Assembly (NCBI GenBank): GCA_018398765.1
Contig: JAHBMJ010000088.1
Span: forward strand, 1-56,465
Reading direction: 5' to 3'
DNA length: 56,465 nt
Source: Chromera velia
Lineage: Eukaryota
The stretch's first letter is position 1. The number at the start of each line of letters is the position of its first letter. A model generated the notes under the pieces. It worked only from the letters and a program-made list of their open reading frames with translations. It was not told where the DNA came from and ran no database searches. Positions 1 to 10,955 of this stretch are shown piece by piece. A program made the position numbers and the translations under genes.

Positions 1-846
1 TTTGCTGTCTGGCTGTTAAGAGAGAATGAAAGGGACAGCAACAAAGGACAGAGAAAGTGACACAGCTGCATGGTCAAGCCTAGACAGTTCTGCTGGCTGT
101 TTCACATCGAGGTGAGTACAAGCACGGAGGAGGGGGGGATCAACGAGAAAAAAGTCAATCAGAGTGTGACCTCTACCTTTTCAGAGGAAGGTGCAGTCAC
201 GTGAGAAAGAACGTGCTTCCCCACTCTAAACGGGGGCAGAACCATCAATGCAGAGACCATTTAAAGGGAGAAGATTCGTTAGTTTACAGAGTTTTAAAAG
301 AGAACGGCCCTGCTGATCAACTTTTCGGTTGCAAGACGAAGTACGGACTACTCCCGATACATTCTCTTCCTGAATGACTCCGTTCTCATCTTGTACCCCC
401 CTATCCCAAATAATTCCTTTTGGCAGCTCATCGGAGATGTGAGCGTTGAAATCACTAGTCACAATTCTCCTTTCCTCTAGAAAAACTTCCGATAATGCAT
501 CTGTCAGGCGCTCCCAGTGGCTCGGATCCCCGCCTGCCTCTGCTCTCCCAGTAGACCGTCCGTGTAGCACATATACTCCAAACATATGCAGAATAGAGGA
601 CTTGCTGTGTGCATCGAATCCACCAACATGCAATGACGCACGCAGCATGGATGGGCCGACCAGTTCGATCTCAGGCCTTAGTCGGCCTCTCAATGACTTC
701 TGAATTAGGACAGCGACCCCCCCGGTATCCTTGTCCTGTTCTAACGCTTCCTTCCTGCCTCTACCACTTCTTCCTCCCCCAAGGTGCTGTCTAACCCATT
801 CTCGGTGGGAGAAATTCTTGCCTGAATGAAGAGAGTATTCAAGAGG
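1..846 (-). mobile_element. Degenerate non-LTR retrotransposon (LINE) apurinic-like endonuclease domain; continues off the left edge
   Basis: One minus frame (ORF 226..693 read through its stops) gives GGVAVLIQKSL...GVYV...TSDFNAH...DQQGRSLLKLC..TNLLPLNG...CTFL*KGRGHTLIDFFLV...RLDHAAV. These match the GGVAI, GDFNAH, NG/LNG, T..IDY and SDH motifs of APE-type LINE endonucleases in the expected order. In-frame TAG at 226-228 and TGA at 181-183. Confidence 0.8.
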
Positions 847-847
847 A

Positions 848-899
<52 letters not shown>

Positions 900-1342
900 C
901 GGTCTATAGGCCATCATGCAGTGCATAAGTCTAGGACAATGCTTTATTACCCCTTTGCCAGACCTGCATCATACAACGGGAGGGGGCTTCATTCTTGCAA
1001 CTCTAAATACCCTGCATCTAGAAGATGCTTTCTAAATCACTGATTGATTGATTGATTGATTGATTGATATGTTCCGCCCTAGGGCCTTCCTGCTATGTTT
1101 ATCTGTCGCCGATGTCGTTTCCCTTCTGTGGGAGGAGTGTGACAACTGCAATAGAGACTCTCAGGCAGTAGAGGCAAACAGGAAGACCGGTGGAGAGGGA
1201 GGACGGGAAATGTACTTGGGAGATGGAAAAAGAACATTCAAAAGGTGAGACGGGAAGAGAGGTAAGTAACCATCACATGCATCGAATCGCAGGTCTTACG
1301 ATGGAGGGCGCAGACAGATGTTTCGCAAGAGTCGCAGGGCGG

Positions 1343-1382
<40 letters not shown>

Positions 1383-1483
1383 TCATCATCATCATCATCA
1401 TCATCATGTCATATTATATTAATCAGTCTATAGGCCATCATGCAATGCATTATTATTATTAATCGGTCTATAGGCCATCATGC
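848..1483 (-). repeat. Three copies of a 23-30 bp motif, each joined to a (TAT)n tract; probable 5'-truncated retroposon 3' ends with (AAT)n tails
   Basis: AATCRGTCTATAGGCCATCATGC at 897, 1421 and 1461, each preceded by TAT repeats. Long tracts at 848-896 and about 1345-1380; also (CAT)n at 1381-1407 and (ATTG)n at about 1043-1066. Confidence 0.55.
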
Positions 1484-3488
1484 GCCATATACGCTATGAA
1501 TGTGATGGTCGGGACGCGCGAAGTGGCTGGGGTGTGGACTCAGGCCTCCTGCGTACGTCATGCATGCATGTTTTCGACTCGCGATTATAGTGCGCATGCA
1601 TGCAAAGATTTGAGTCTGGAGATCGATCAGACTGACTGAGCAGAGTATGATTGAGAAGGAGGGGTCCTGACTTTCAGTCTGAGGCCCAAGGAATGAGACA
1701 CTGCCTCTGTGGGCAGCTCAGAAAGAGATACACGTTTTTTCATGTGTGACGGATTGATTGAATTTCCATTCCAGCGGCTGGTTTAGAACAGTCTCCTTGA
1801 TCGATTGAAGAACTTTAACGACGCTGGACATCCTTCCCGGTAAGTCAGACTTTCTAAATATTTGATCGAGTTGATCTCTTTCATCTCAATGTTCTAGACA
1901 GCTCTAGAGTAAGCACACTCATATACGCCATCACCATCGGCCCATAATAGGCGTCTAGCATTCGGTAAGTCAATGACATATATATACACATACCATATAT
2001 ATATGTTATTATGAATTAATTTTTTAAAAGGAATTTTTAATCATGTTCGTAGACTCTGGTTGCCAAGAGTTGAATTTGGTTTCAAAAAGAAATTTATTTT
2101 TAATGGCATTTCTTATACGTGATACCCCTAGTACCCCCCCTACAAAACTGGGTTAAATTCCTCAGGAATCTAATGGAATAATACTGGAATTTAATGGAAT
2201 TTACCGTTGGAAGTTAGTGAAATTATGTGAATTTTAGTAGAATCTATTTGTTTAAATTCCACTAAATTCTATAAACTTTAAATGTTTATTTCTTGCCATC
2301 TAGAAAGAGTTAGAAGTAGTTAGAAGCTCAAATTACCAGTGTATATACATCTTATTATAAGATTTAGGAAACGATCGCTTTTTTTTTTCTTTTTTTTTTT
2401 AGCTAGTGTAGGGCCTAGAGTTTTTATATCAAAATACGTAAATCAAAAAGCATATAAAAGATTGATCTCGAGTGTTGCACCACTTTTTGTTTTTTGTGAG
2501 ATGCGAGGTGAGGAGATTCTTCTGGTTTTTATGGTACTTTGTACTATAATTCCATCCATTCATGCACACAGTGAGAGAGACGGCAACCTAAAGGGTTAAA
2601 AAAGACTTCAAAAAAGAGAATGTCCATTTCTCCTGGAGTTTCTTCCTTTCTATCTCCTCCCTTGGTACACTGCCTGGGAAAAGCACTGCAATTCTTTGCT
2701 GAAGGCGCTTTCTAGTTGTTGTGGAGCTGTGTTAAAAGTTGTGAGGACGTAAAAAAACCTGCAGCAAGGGGGTTCCCCCTTCCAGCGAGACCCTGTACAG
2801 TGCGGCAAGCTCATGCAAATTATATTATAAGGTCTTGAGATTTACTATCGAAAGAACGATGACTTCCGTTCTTCGGAGGGGCACAGGCACATTCTGGTGG
2901 AGGCAGAATTGCAGAGTCAACTGCGACCCTTGCACAGACCGGACCCCCCGGCCCCCACCCCTGCTATTGTGCATGAAGACTTAGTGAGGGATGGACGTTC
3001 TCCCTGCGGTATCAGCAGCCTGACCATCATCCCGACCCCCGTTTCTCTTTTTGATTTTGCTCAACAATCATCAAAACTTCTTTTTCAAGTTGATACGCCC
3101 CCAAAACTTGCCAAGAATGATCGGTGACTCAAGCTAAGGAATCATTAATTTTTATTAATTTTATTCCAATCAGCGAGCAAGTCATCATAAAGCTTTTTGA
3201 CATTGCTCTGCCCCTCGAAGGGACTCCATGCCACAGTGACCTAGTTAGGCCCATTCTAATCAGTCGATCAATCACTTTCTCCTTTTTCTCTTCCTTAAAG
3301 TCCCTCCTCACTCTCTCCTCTCATTCTCTATTTGTGGTCAAGGATTGCATCATGTGACGAGCGATCGTCCCTCAGTTTCTCCACTCTGTTTAGACTTGTA
3401 TTTTCGGGAGCGCACCCGGTTTGGAGAGAGCGATGGGTGGGGGAAGGAACTCCCATTAATTTTAACTCTCCCCGCGGCTCCCAGGCAG

Positions 3489-3562
3489 ATGAAGAAGAAG
3501 AAAAAGAAGAAGAAGAAGAAGAAGAAGAAGAAGAAGAAGAAAAAGAAGAAGAAAGAGAGGAA
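3489..3562. repeat. (GAA)n purine microsatellite
   Basis: Directly visible; reads as poly-Ser on the minus strand. Confidence 0.9.
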
Positions 3563-3995
3563 GAGGTGACCATCGTGTCAGCAAAATGTTCGCCATCTCA
3601 TCAGACAGCGCTCATTCCACCTCTGACATCCTCTTTGACTGACGGTGGTGTTAGAAGGCACCTGTGAGGGCCTTTTAAGAACTTAGTGACGCGTTTACTG
3701 TCGCTGAACGGTTCAGTTGCCGGAAGAAACAGTTTTATGTCTCCTTAGTTTGACACAATTCCCAAAAATTGCTCAATCTCCTGTCGTTTCATGCTTTGAC
3801 GGAGGATGTAGAGGACTTTGTTGACATCGTTGTTTTTGTTGAAAGCGGAGAAGCTACCGAGCATCCCATAGGCATACACTCCTCCCTCTCTACCAAAGGA
3901 GACGCAGACGAAGACGTGAACCCAGACGGCAGAGACACCTGCCTCGGAGGAGGACTCCTCGAGGAGGAAGATTAATCGACCCCCTACCCAACACC

Positions 3996-4931
3996 CAGTG
4001 CATGGTACAATCAAATTGCAATTTAATTGCTGAAAGCAGTTGGACCGAAGTAATAATTGTAATAATTGCAATTAATTGCCAATAATTGCTCATATATTGA
4101 AAAATTGACTTATTTAAGGCCAGTATATAAGTTATAGAGGGTTTGTTAGGCTGTATTCAATGTTTAAGACTAAATTCAAGTCGGTATACAACAAAAAATT
4201 AGCATTCTACCTGGATTAGAAGTGAAAAATAGCTGTTAAGCTATTAACTTATTATATATACCTATAATATTATACATATAACAACTTCTGGTTTGGTATC
4301 AATTTTACGTAAGGTATTCATAGTATGTGTTTGAATATAAAACACGCTTTCTTTTTAATTAATTGCAATAAAAATTTATGTGTTCATTACTGCAAATGAT
4401 ATGACAAAGACACTTAGACACAAGCAATGTTTTGAAATCATGCATGTAACCAAGACACATGTTGCGATCGCGTCTGTCCGTCTAGGGAATCGTAGGCAGT
4501 TTGCAAGGAATTGTGTCGACCTCCTACATTCCAAGACCGAGACTTGATCAGTTAGCATACATGAATGCATTCATTAAGAGAAATGCACACCATAGAGCAA
4601 CATGCATACGAGCACAAAATCAGATGCAGACAATGTATGACATGCTTAAATAATGCCCATGAAACGATAAAAGTTAGGCTTTTCACCTGTCCAGTAAACG
4701 CGTTGATCAAACTGCTCACTGCTAACATGCTCAGACAGTTGTATCTCCAGTTTTATGGCCTGAGCAACTGTGTGAATATCCCAGTAGGAATGGTTGATCT
4801 TCAGAAAAGTAATTCCCTAAAAGTATGCAATTAATTGCAATGAATTGCTCAGTGCCTAGACGCCAGCAAGCAATTGTTGCTTCCAATTAATTGCAATAAT
4901 TGTAATTACAGTAATTGCTTCCCATGCACTG
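3996..4931. mobile_element. Non-autonomous hAT-type DNA transposon (MITE), 936 bp
   Basis: Perfect 10-bp TIRs CAGTGCATGG (3996-4005) and CCATGCACTG (4922-4931). Perfect 8-bp TSD CCAACACC at 3988-3995 and 4932-4939. Clusters of AATTGC/CAATTAATTG subterminal motifs at both ends. AT-rich interior without a credible ORF. Confidence 0.88.
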
Positions 4932-6983
4932 CCAACACCCCACGAGGATCACCCACTTCTCCCCTTGTTGTTTCCTCATGTCCACTTGCAGCTGTCGTCT
5001 ATGATTGCTGCAGAAAGCTGCTGGAGGGCTGCTCCAGGGGGGGTATACACCATTGCCTGCCAGGGAGTGGGCAAGCTCCTTCACTGCAAATATAAGAGAG
5101 GGGAGTCAGAAAAGGGCATCAACTGAAGGCGTGACGTACAAGTTTATCTATAAGACCATGAAAGAATTTAATGAGTTAAGTGCAAACAGATACAGCTAGG
5201 CTCTTATCTGGGCTCTATGGCAGTATCAAGCATAGACAGACAGTCATCGACAGAACAAAACCAACCAATTAACCTAGCCAATTAACAGTATGGCAGATAG
5301 AGGGACAAACATATAAGCAGAATGATAGCAAGTCTATTTCAGATGAACGGCCCAGTTGTTCACAACAACACTATGTGAGTGCAAGGAGTGCAGCAAGGCT
5401 AGGTGTTACAGAGAGATGAACAAAGAGAAACATGCCTGAAGATCAATCAAGCAGCCGTAAAATATCATAAAATATTTCAAGATAGGCGGGATGATACTGA
5501 GAAAAGGCCCATATATGCAGGTAAACATAGTGTTTCATATGAAGAGTAAGATATTTCTCTTTTTTGTGGTGCAATCTGAGTGCCTGATTGCTGAACTCAT
5601 ATATAGGATTCCCCTAAGCAGCTTCTCTCTGTTTGTTTTTTTCCAGGACCCTTGGCTCTTTACAGCATAAAGAAATCCATCTTGGTGCCATCGTAGAAAG
5701 GTTAAAGGAGTGTATCTCCTACTAAACAGTTTGTGGAGGACAATCGCAGACGTCAACATGCCAAAAAGCACAAGTTTGTACGAACTGTCTGTAATAAAGA
5801 CCGTAGTGAACAGTAAATAGCGGTAGTAGCTCTAGCAAACGACCGCTACGGTATGAGAAGTGCAATGAAGTGCTTCACTAAAGAGCCACAGGTAGTCTCA
5901 TCCATGCACCTCGAAACTTACGACGGTCACCCCCTACACCACCTCAGCAATGGTCGTGCCCATCGCAAACATATCGAAGCCTCGAAGGAGGGGTATCACT
6001 GAATCACTTTCCCTTCCGGAGCAACGAAGCCCCCAACATAATAGTTGGGGAGCCCCGCCACAGTGAAGGGCACTCCCCCTTCACTCCCCTGTTAGAACCG
6101 CTACGCGACCGCCAAAAAGGCCTTATGCCGTCCTTTCTGTCTCTATTCTTTGTTGACCTGCTGATACCCCCCGTCCGTTCTCTTTTTCTCCAACACTAAT
6201 TTCTACTTTCCAAGATTCACCATCACTCTGCACCCACCTTCCGTCTTCTCAAGACTTCCTCCTCCAGGACCTCCCGACAGCGGTCGATAGACCCCCTGCT
6301 ACTGTCTCACTGCTTCATCCGTATATGATACCTGTTCTTGTAATACCTGCAAGATCTACACCTTAAATCACTTTGATTTTCTTGATGTTGAGGAGTTTGT
6401 GCGCGAGGGACGTAAATATCCAGACACCATCGGAACAAACATGGAGCAACTCGATACAAACATCATGAAATTTCCCACTCCCGAAATCCCAACTGCCAGA
6501 CATCACAAAACCCCCATGTAGCTGCGTGCAGGGGTAAAAGTCTCTGTCCCAGAATAGGTGTCCTTAGGCGTAGGTTAAGTCGACCGTCCTCAGTCCGACA
6601 TTGCTGGACGTCTCCACTGCGAAGAAGGTCACCTGTATGCAACAGTACACAACACGAACCATGTGAAGTTTTGTCCCTGATCGGAGTACCGTTAGAGTGT
6701 AAGAGCACAGAATCGAAGCAGACAATCAGAAACAATCAGTCTTAATGCTGAGAAATGTGGGCAAACACACCTGGGGGAGGTAGATTGGAGAGTTCTTCCT
6801 CAGTTAACACTTGGCTTTGCTGTACCAGATTTGCTCTTCAACATATCTCCTCAAGCATAAAAATATCTTCCAATGAAAAGCGAGTCTCCAGACCATCTGA
6901 TACAACCAATATATCAGCGTCCACGTGGAATGTCCAGCTTTTTCTATCCTTTAAAGTAGGATGCAATAACATATGCCATCTTA

Positions 6984-7850
6984 CCCTGCTGTCCAGCAAT
7001 GGTCGACAACGAGGTGAATCGCCTCTACATGTCAGGTCATATATGAATGATTAGCCTCTACATATCATAGTTAACAACATCGTCAGCAACTGTCTTATAT
7101 CATATGTGGACCTTGCACATGGGGAAGCTAATGAAAAATACTAGACCACTAAGCATTAACGCTAGACAACCGGACAATAATGCCCAGCATCCTAGCAAAA
7201 ATGTTTAACGTTCGATCAAAAATGTTAGGCTGTCAAGCATTTATACTGAAATGAATAAAACCACCGTACGTAGCCTTAGATATTAATTTTGTATACCGGG
7301 TCATTATATTTCTCACTCTACTGTCTAGCAACGGTCGACAACGAGGTGAATCACCTCTACATATCAGGTCATACATGAATGATTAGCCTCTACATGTCAT
7401 AGTTGACAATATCGTCAGTGACGAATGACTCGAGTGATTAGACGGAATGAACTTAAGAGTGAACTTGATACTATAAGTACATCAAACAATAAATTGCAAA
7501 TAAATTAGGCTATCATAATACCATATATAATACCTATAAAGCATTCAACAGCATTTATAAACGCTATAGACATAATATATAACTAAATTTAGAAATGCTA
7601 GGCATCTTTTCATGAATGCTAGACTAAATGATACTAGATGCAAGACTGCTTACCATCAATGCTAGATTGTTATTCATTAGATGGCATTGCATGATAAACC
7701 TAGTCTAGGTTGATAACCTGATGTGCGGCAAGGTTAGTAACCTAGACATAGCAATGCTATTCATTTTTACAAGACCTCCTTAGATGAGGTACTGAACTTC
7801 AACATATAGAGGCGATTTATCCCGTTGTTGACCGTTGCTAGACGGTAGGG
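6984..7850. mobile_element. Inverted-repeat element (MITE-like, TA-flanked) with an internal duplicate of its left end
   Basis: About 50-bp imperfect inverted repeats at 6980-7033 and 7802-7854 (CCCTGCTGTCCAGCAATGGTCGACAACG... / ...CGTTGTTGACCGTTGCTAGACGGTAGGG), with TA on both sides. About 98-bp direct repeat at 6989-7086 and 7321-7418. Confidence 0.6.
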
Positions 7851-9770
7851 TAAGCTGCAGGAGGACATATTCAACACGACACCAGTTAGCCAAAAATAGA
7901 CTTCAAAATCAATACTCAGTCGCTCAGATCAAAGTCCAGACAGAGTCCAGGAAGGGTTTGAAGAGTGTTGGTAGTGTTTGTAGAACCGACTGACACTTTA
8001 GCAACTTCGTTTAGGTCAAACAACAGTCGTTTGGTGCTCGGACCAGTCATAAAATTTTTGAGCCGGTTAAGCTAGGTCTGCAGGGCAGCGGTGATCATTT
8101 GTTCCATACATGCACGTCTGTATGCATGCATGACCTGCCGCCACCGTGTGTATAAACGTGTGGTGCGGTTCTGCACATCTCAGGCTAAGACCAGGCTTTG
8201 CAGCCTTTGCCTCTAGGCTTATACCTCTGCGCTTAGCTACGAGCTCACTGCTCAGTCTACTGTAAGGCAGTCTGAAATCGAAACGAATTTACGCATTTTT
8301 ATGGCTCGAGTTCAATAAATCCAGCAATAAATAATGAATAAATAAATGAAACCTACGACGCTAATATCGGTCTATCGGTCTCACAGAGAGTAACCTATAG
8401 AGAGTAACTGGCTTAAAGTTTGTTCCTAGTATCTGGCCTATACGTCTTTCGTCTCTTCCTTCTGTCCTGGTTACTGCTCTCGCTGTTAGCTCTCTCTCTC
8501 ATGCGACCTCATACTTGATGCTGCTCCATCCGAATGCCTTCTTCGGCATTTGCTAAATACTTACTACCTCTTAGTCATGACCAGCACACTGCCTACTCCT
8601 CCTTCCTCCCAGCCCTCCCCCTGCACTCCTCTGGTCCCCCGAATGCACGCGCTTGCCGCTTTCAGGGGGGTAAAGAGTAACAGAGAGACAAAACCATTTT
8701 TTTTTGTAACATATAATTTGTATAATAAAATGATTCAGTGATGTACTGAAGACAGTTATGGAAACACAAAGATGTTTTTTAGATTGTATTAGATTGATAA
8801 CTAGGAGTGGGTACTAAAGTTTTTTTTATAATATAGTTTGCCTGAAAAACTTTAAACTTTAACTTTAACTTTAAAAGTAAACCTAGAAGTAAACATGCAA
8901 TCAGGCATACAAAAGTTGATCTAGAAGAGTCTAAAAAGACGTTGCTAGAGAAGTTGATTTCATTTATATCATTGCAGACAAAGTTAATGTTTTATATAAA
9001 TCTATGCAGGAAATACTAGGTTAGCCAGAGCCTGTATGGCTCACCAGCTTTAACCCCATATATCATCCTCATCATCATATATGACTAGATAAGTGATAAG
9101 TGATAAGTGATTTAGTGGTGCCCTCTAGGGTGCTCTAGAGCACTGTCGCCGTTTTGTCTTGTAGAGGTTGCCCCTGCAAAGCGACTAGTTATGTATGACT
9201 AGGTATACTAGTTATGTAAAAGTTTCAGAACTTTGAAAACGATGCATATAATGCATTACTATATTAATGGCAATTCTTATAAAAATTCTTAGAAACAACT
9301 TTGATATAAATTCAAAGAACCGGCAACTTTGGTCCTCTAGGGTCCTTCTCTAGAAAGTCTACTGAGTTAATAAGTCACCGATGATTATCTCTAATATAAA
9401 CATAAATTTAAACCTGAATAAACTCAGCTTCTACCACTTCCTATATGGGTTAGTCAATTAGTTTAGTTATAACCGACATAATAACGGACATAAACTACAT
9501 GAAAAATTCTTTTTTAAAATATTTTTAGATAAAGTCTAGAGGGCAAAAAATTTTTTTTTTTAAAAAAAATTAAAACTTTAGTGTTCACTCCTAGATTGAC
9601 AATATCATATACAATATCATTATCATCATTTCTAAGTACTTCTAGCAAAACCCTAGACAATACTAGACAGCTAGAAATTATGTAAGAGTTACTAGTAACG
9701 TGATGATTGAGGGTTAAATCCTAGATTTAGCGACACCAAATCCCAAACCACTAGCAAGGCTTTGAGGACA

Positions 9771-10127
9771 ACCCAGAGCACATATTCATAGGGGGGGGGG
9801 ATGAGGAAGCCTGCATGCCAATCGGATGATTCGCCTCAACTTGCCTTATTCGACAGAATGGACCTTCTTGAGACAGTCGGCTATAGCTTTGGAACCGTTT
9901 CTAGGCAGAATTGTGCACAACAGTAACACCATATCCTTCATTTTTTTCTTACCCAGAGCACACATTCATGGGGGGGGGGATGAGGAAGCCTGCATGCCAG
10001 TTGGATTGATTCGCCTCAACTTGCCTTATCGACAGAATAGACCTTCTTGAGACAGTCGGCTATAGCTTTGAAACCGCTTCTAGGCAGGATTATGCAAAAC
10101 AGCAACACCATATCCTTCATTTTCTTC
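9771..10127. repeat. 180-bp tandem duplication of a LINE 3' end
   Basis: Units start ACCCAGAGCA at 9771 and 9951; copies differ mostly by transitions. Confidence 0.9.
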
Positions 10128-10560
10128 TCATTATCAGAAGTGCCCCTCCCGGTTGCACCTGCAACGCATTGTGCAATCTGTATTCTTATGTCAATGGGCG
10201 CTTTCTGCTTCGCAATTTCATACAGTTTTTTCAGCCTGTTCCGTTCCTTTTCTGTGTCCTTACACTCCGTCAGGACATGAACCTCATCTTTGATCATACG
10301 CGAGGGGGACAAACATTTATCGCACAGCCGTTCTGGTTGGGTTCTATCTATATCCCCCCCTGTGAAAGCCCTGAAAAGCGTACGGAAGCCTGCGGAGGAC
10401 TGCAGCAGACTCTTTAGCAGAGGTTCAACACTGCACTCTATTATTTCACTTCTCGGACGCCATTTCCTTTCATACAGAAAGTGCATGGCCAAATGCTGTC
10501 TGGACGGATTCTCTGATTGGATTGGACGTAAATGTTTTTTCACCATTACAAAGTGTCACA
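9771..10560 (-). mobile_element. 5'-truncated non-LTR retrotransposon 3' fragment (C-terminal CCHC zinc knuckle)
   Basis: ORF 10016..10546 contains ERLCDKCLSPSRMIKDEVHVLTECKDTEKER, matching the R-C-x2-C...E-DE-H-L-x-C...R motif at the C-terminus of LINE ORF2 proteins. Confidence 0.7.
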
Positions 10561-10955
10561 CAGATCGAGGCCCGACAGTGGACCGCGGAGCAACCCAGAA
10601 TATAAATCCTAATCCTAAATTATTTCAAGTTGTTATTTTAAGAAACATATTACCAGTCATAATATATATTTTTTTTAATTTTTGTCATTTTTTTGTGGTT
10701 GTTTTAAAAACACCTCTCGAAGTTAGGCTAGAACTAGCAAGAACTTGCTGCTCAGCTTGCGCCGACTTGCCGAACGCTAAACGCCGAAGGCCGATGGCAT
10801 ATGATCATGATAATGATTTATGAAGTTAACAACAAATGAATCCGATGCTTGGTTGTAGGCCGCCAAGCCCGGCGAGGTCCACAGAAGCAAACTACGACAA
10901 GAACACCACATCAACATTCGACTTTAAGGGTGTTCCCTTCTTCCTAAATCAGGAG

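Larger units (their letters stand above)
2600..5100 (-). pseudogene. Possible decayed low-complexity gene interrupted by the MITE
   Basis: Fragmented minus-strand ORFs (3129..3311, 3328..3573 poly-Ser, 3745..4071, 4887..5084) with host-like Ser-rich composition and a candidate acceptor near 2760. No recognisable domain. Confidence 0.25.

Noticed and set aside
5500..6950. Possible transposase or gene remnant on the minus strand
   Set aside because: Protein-like stretches with stops but no motif I could recognise; left unannotated.
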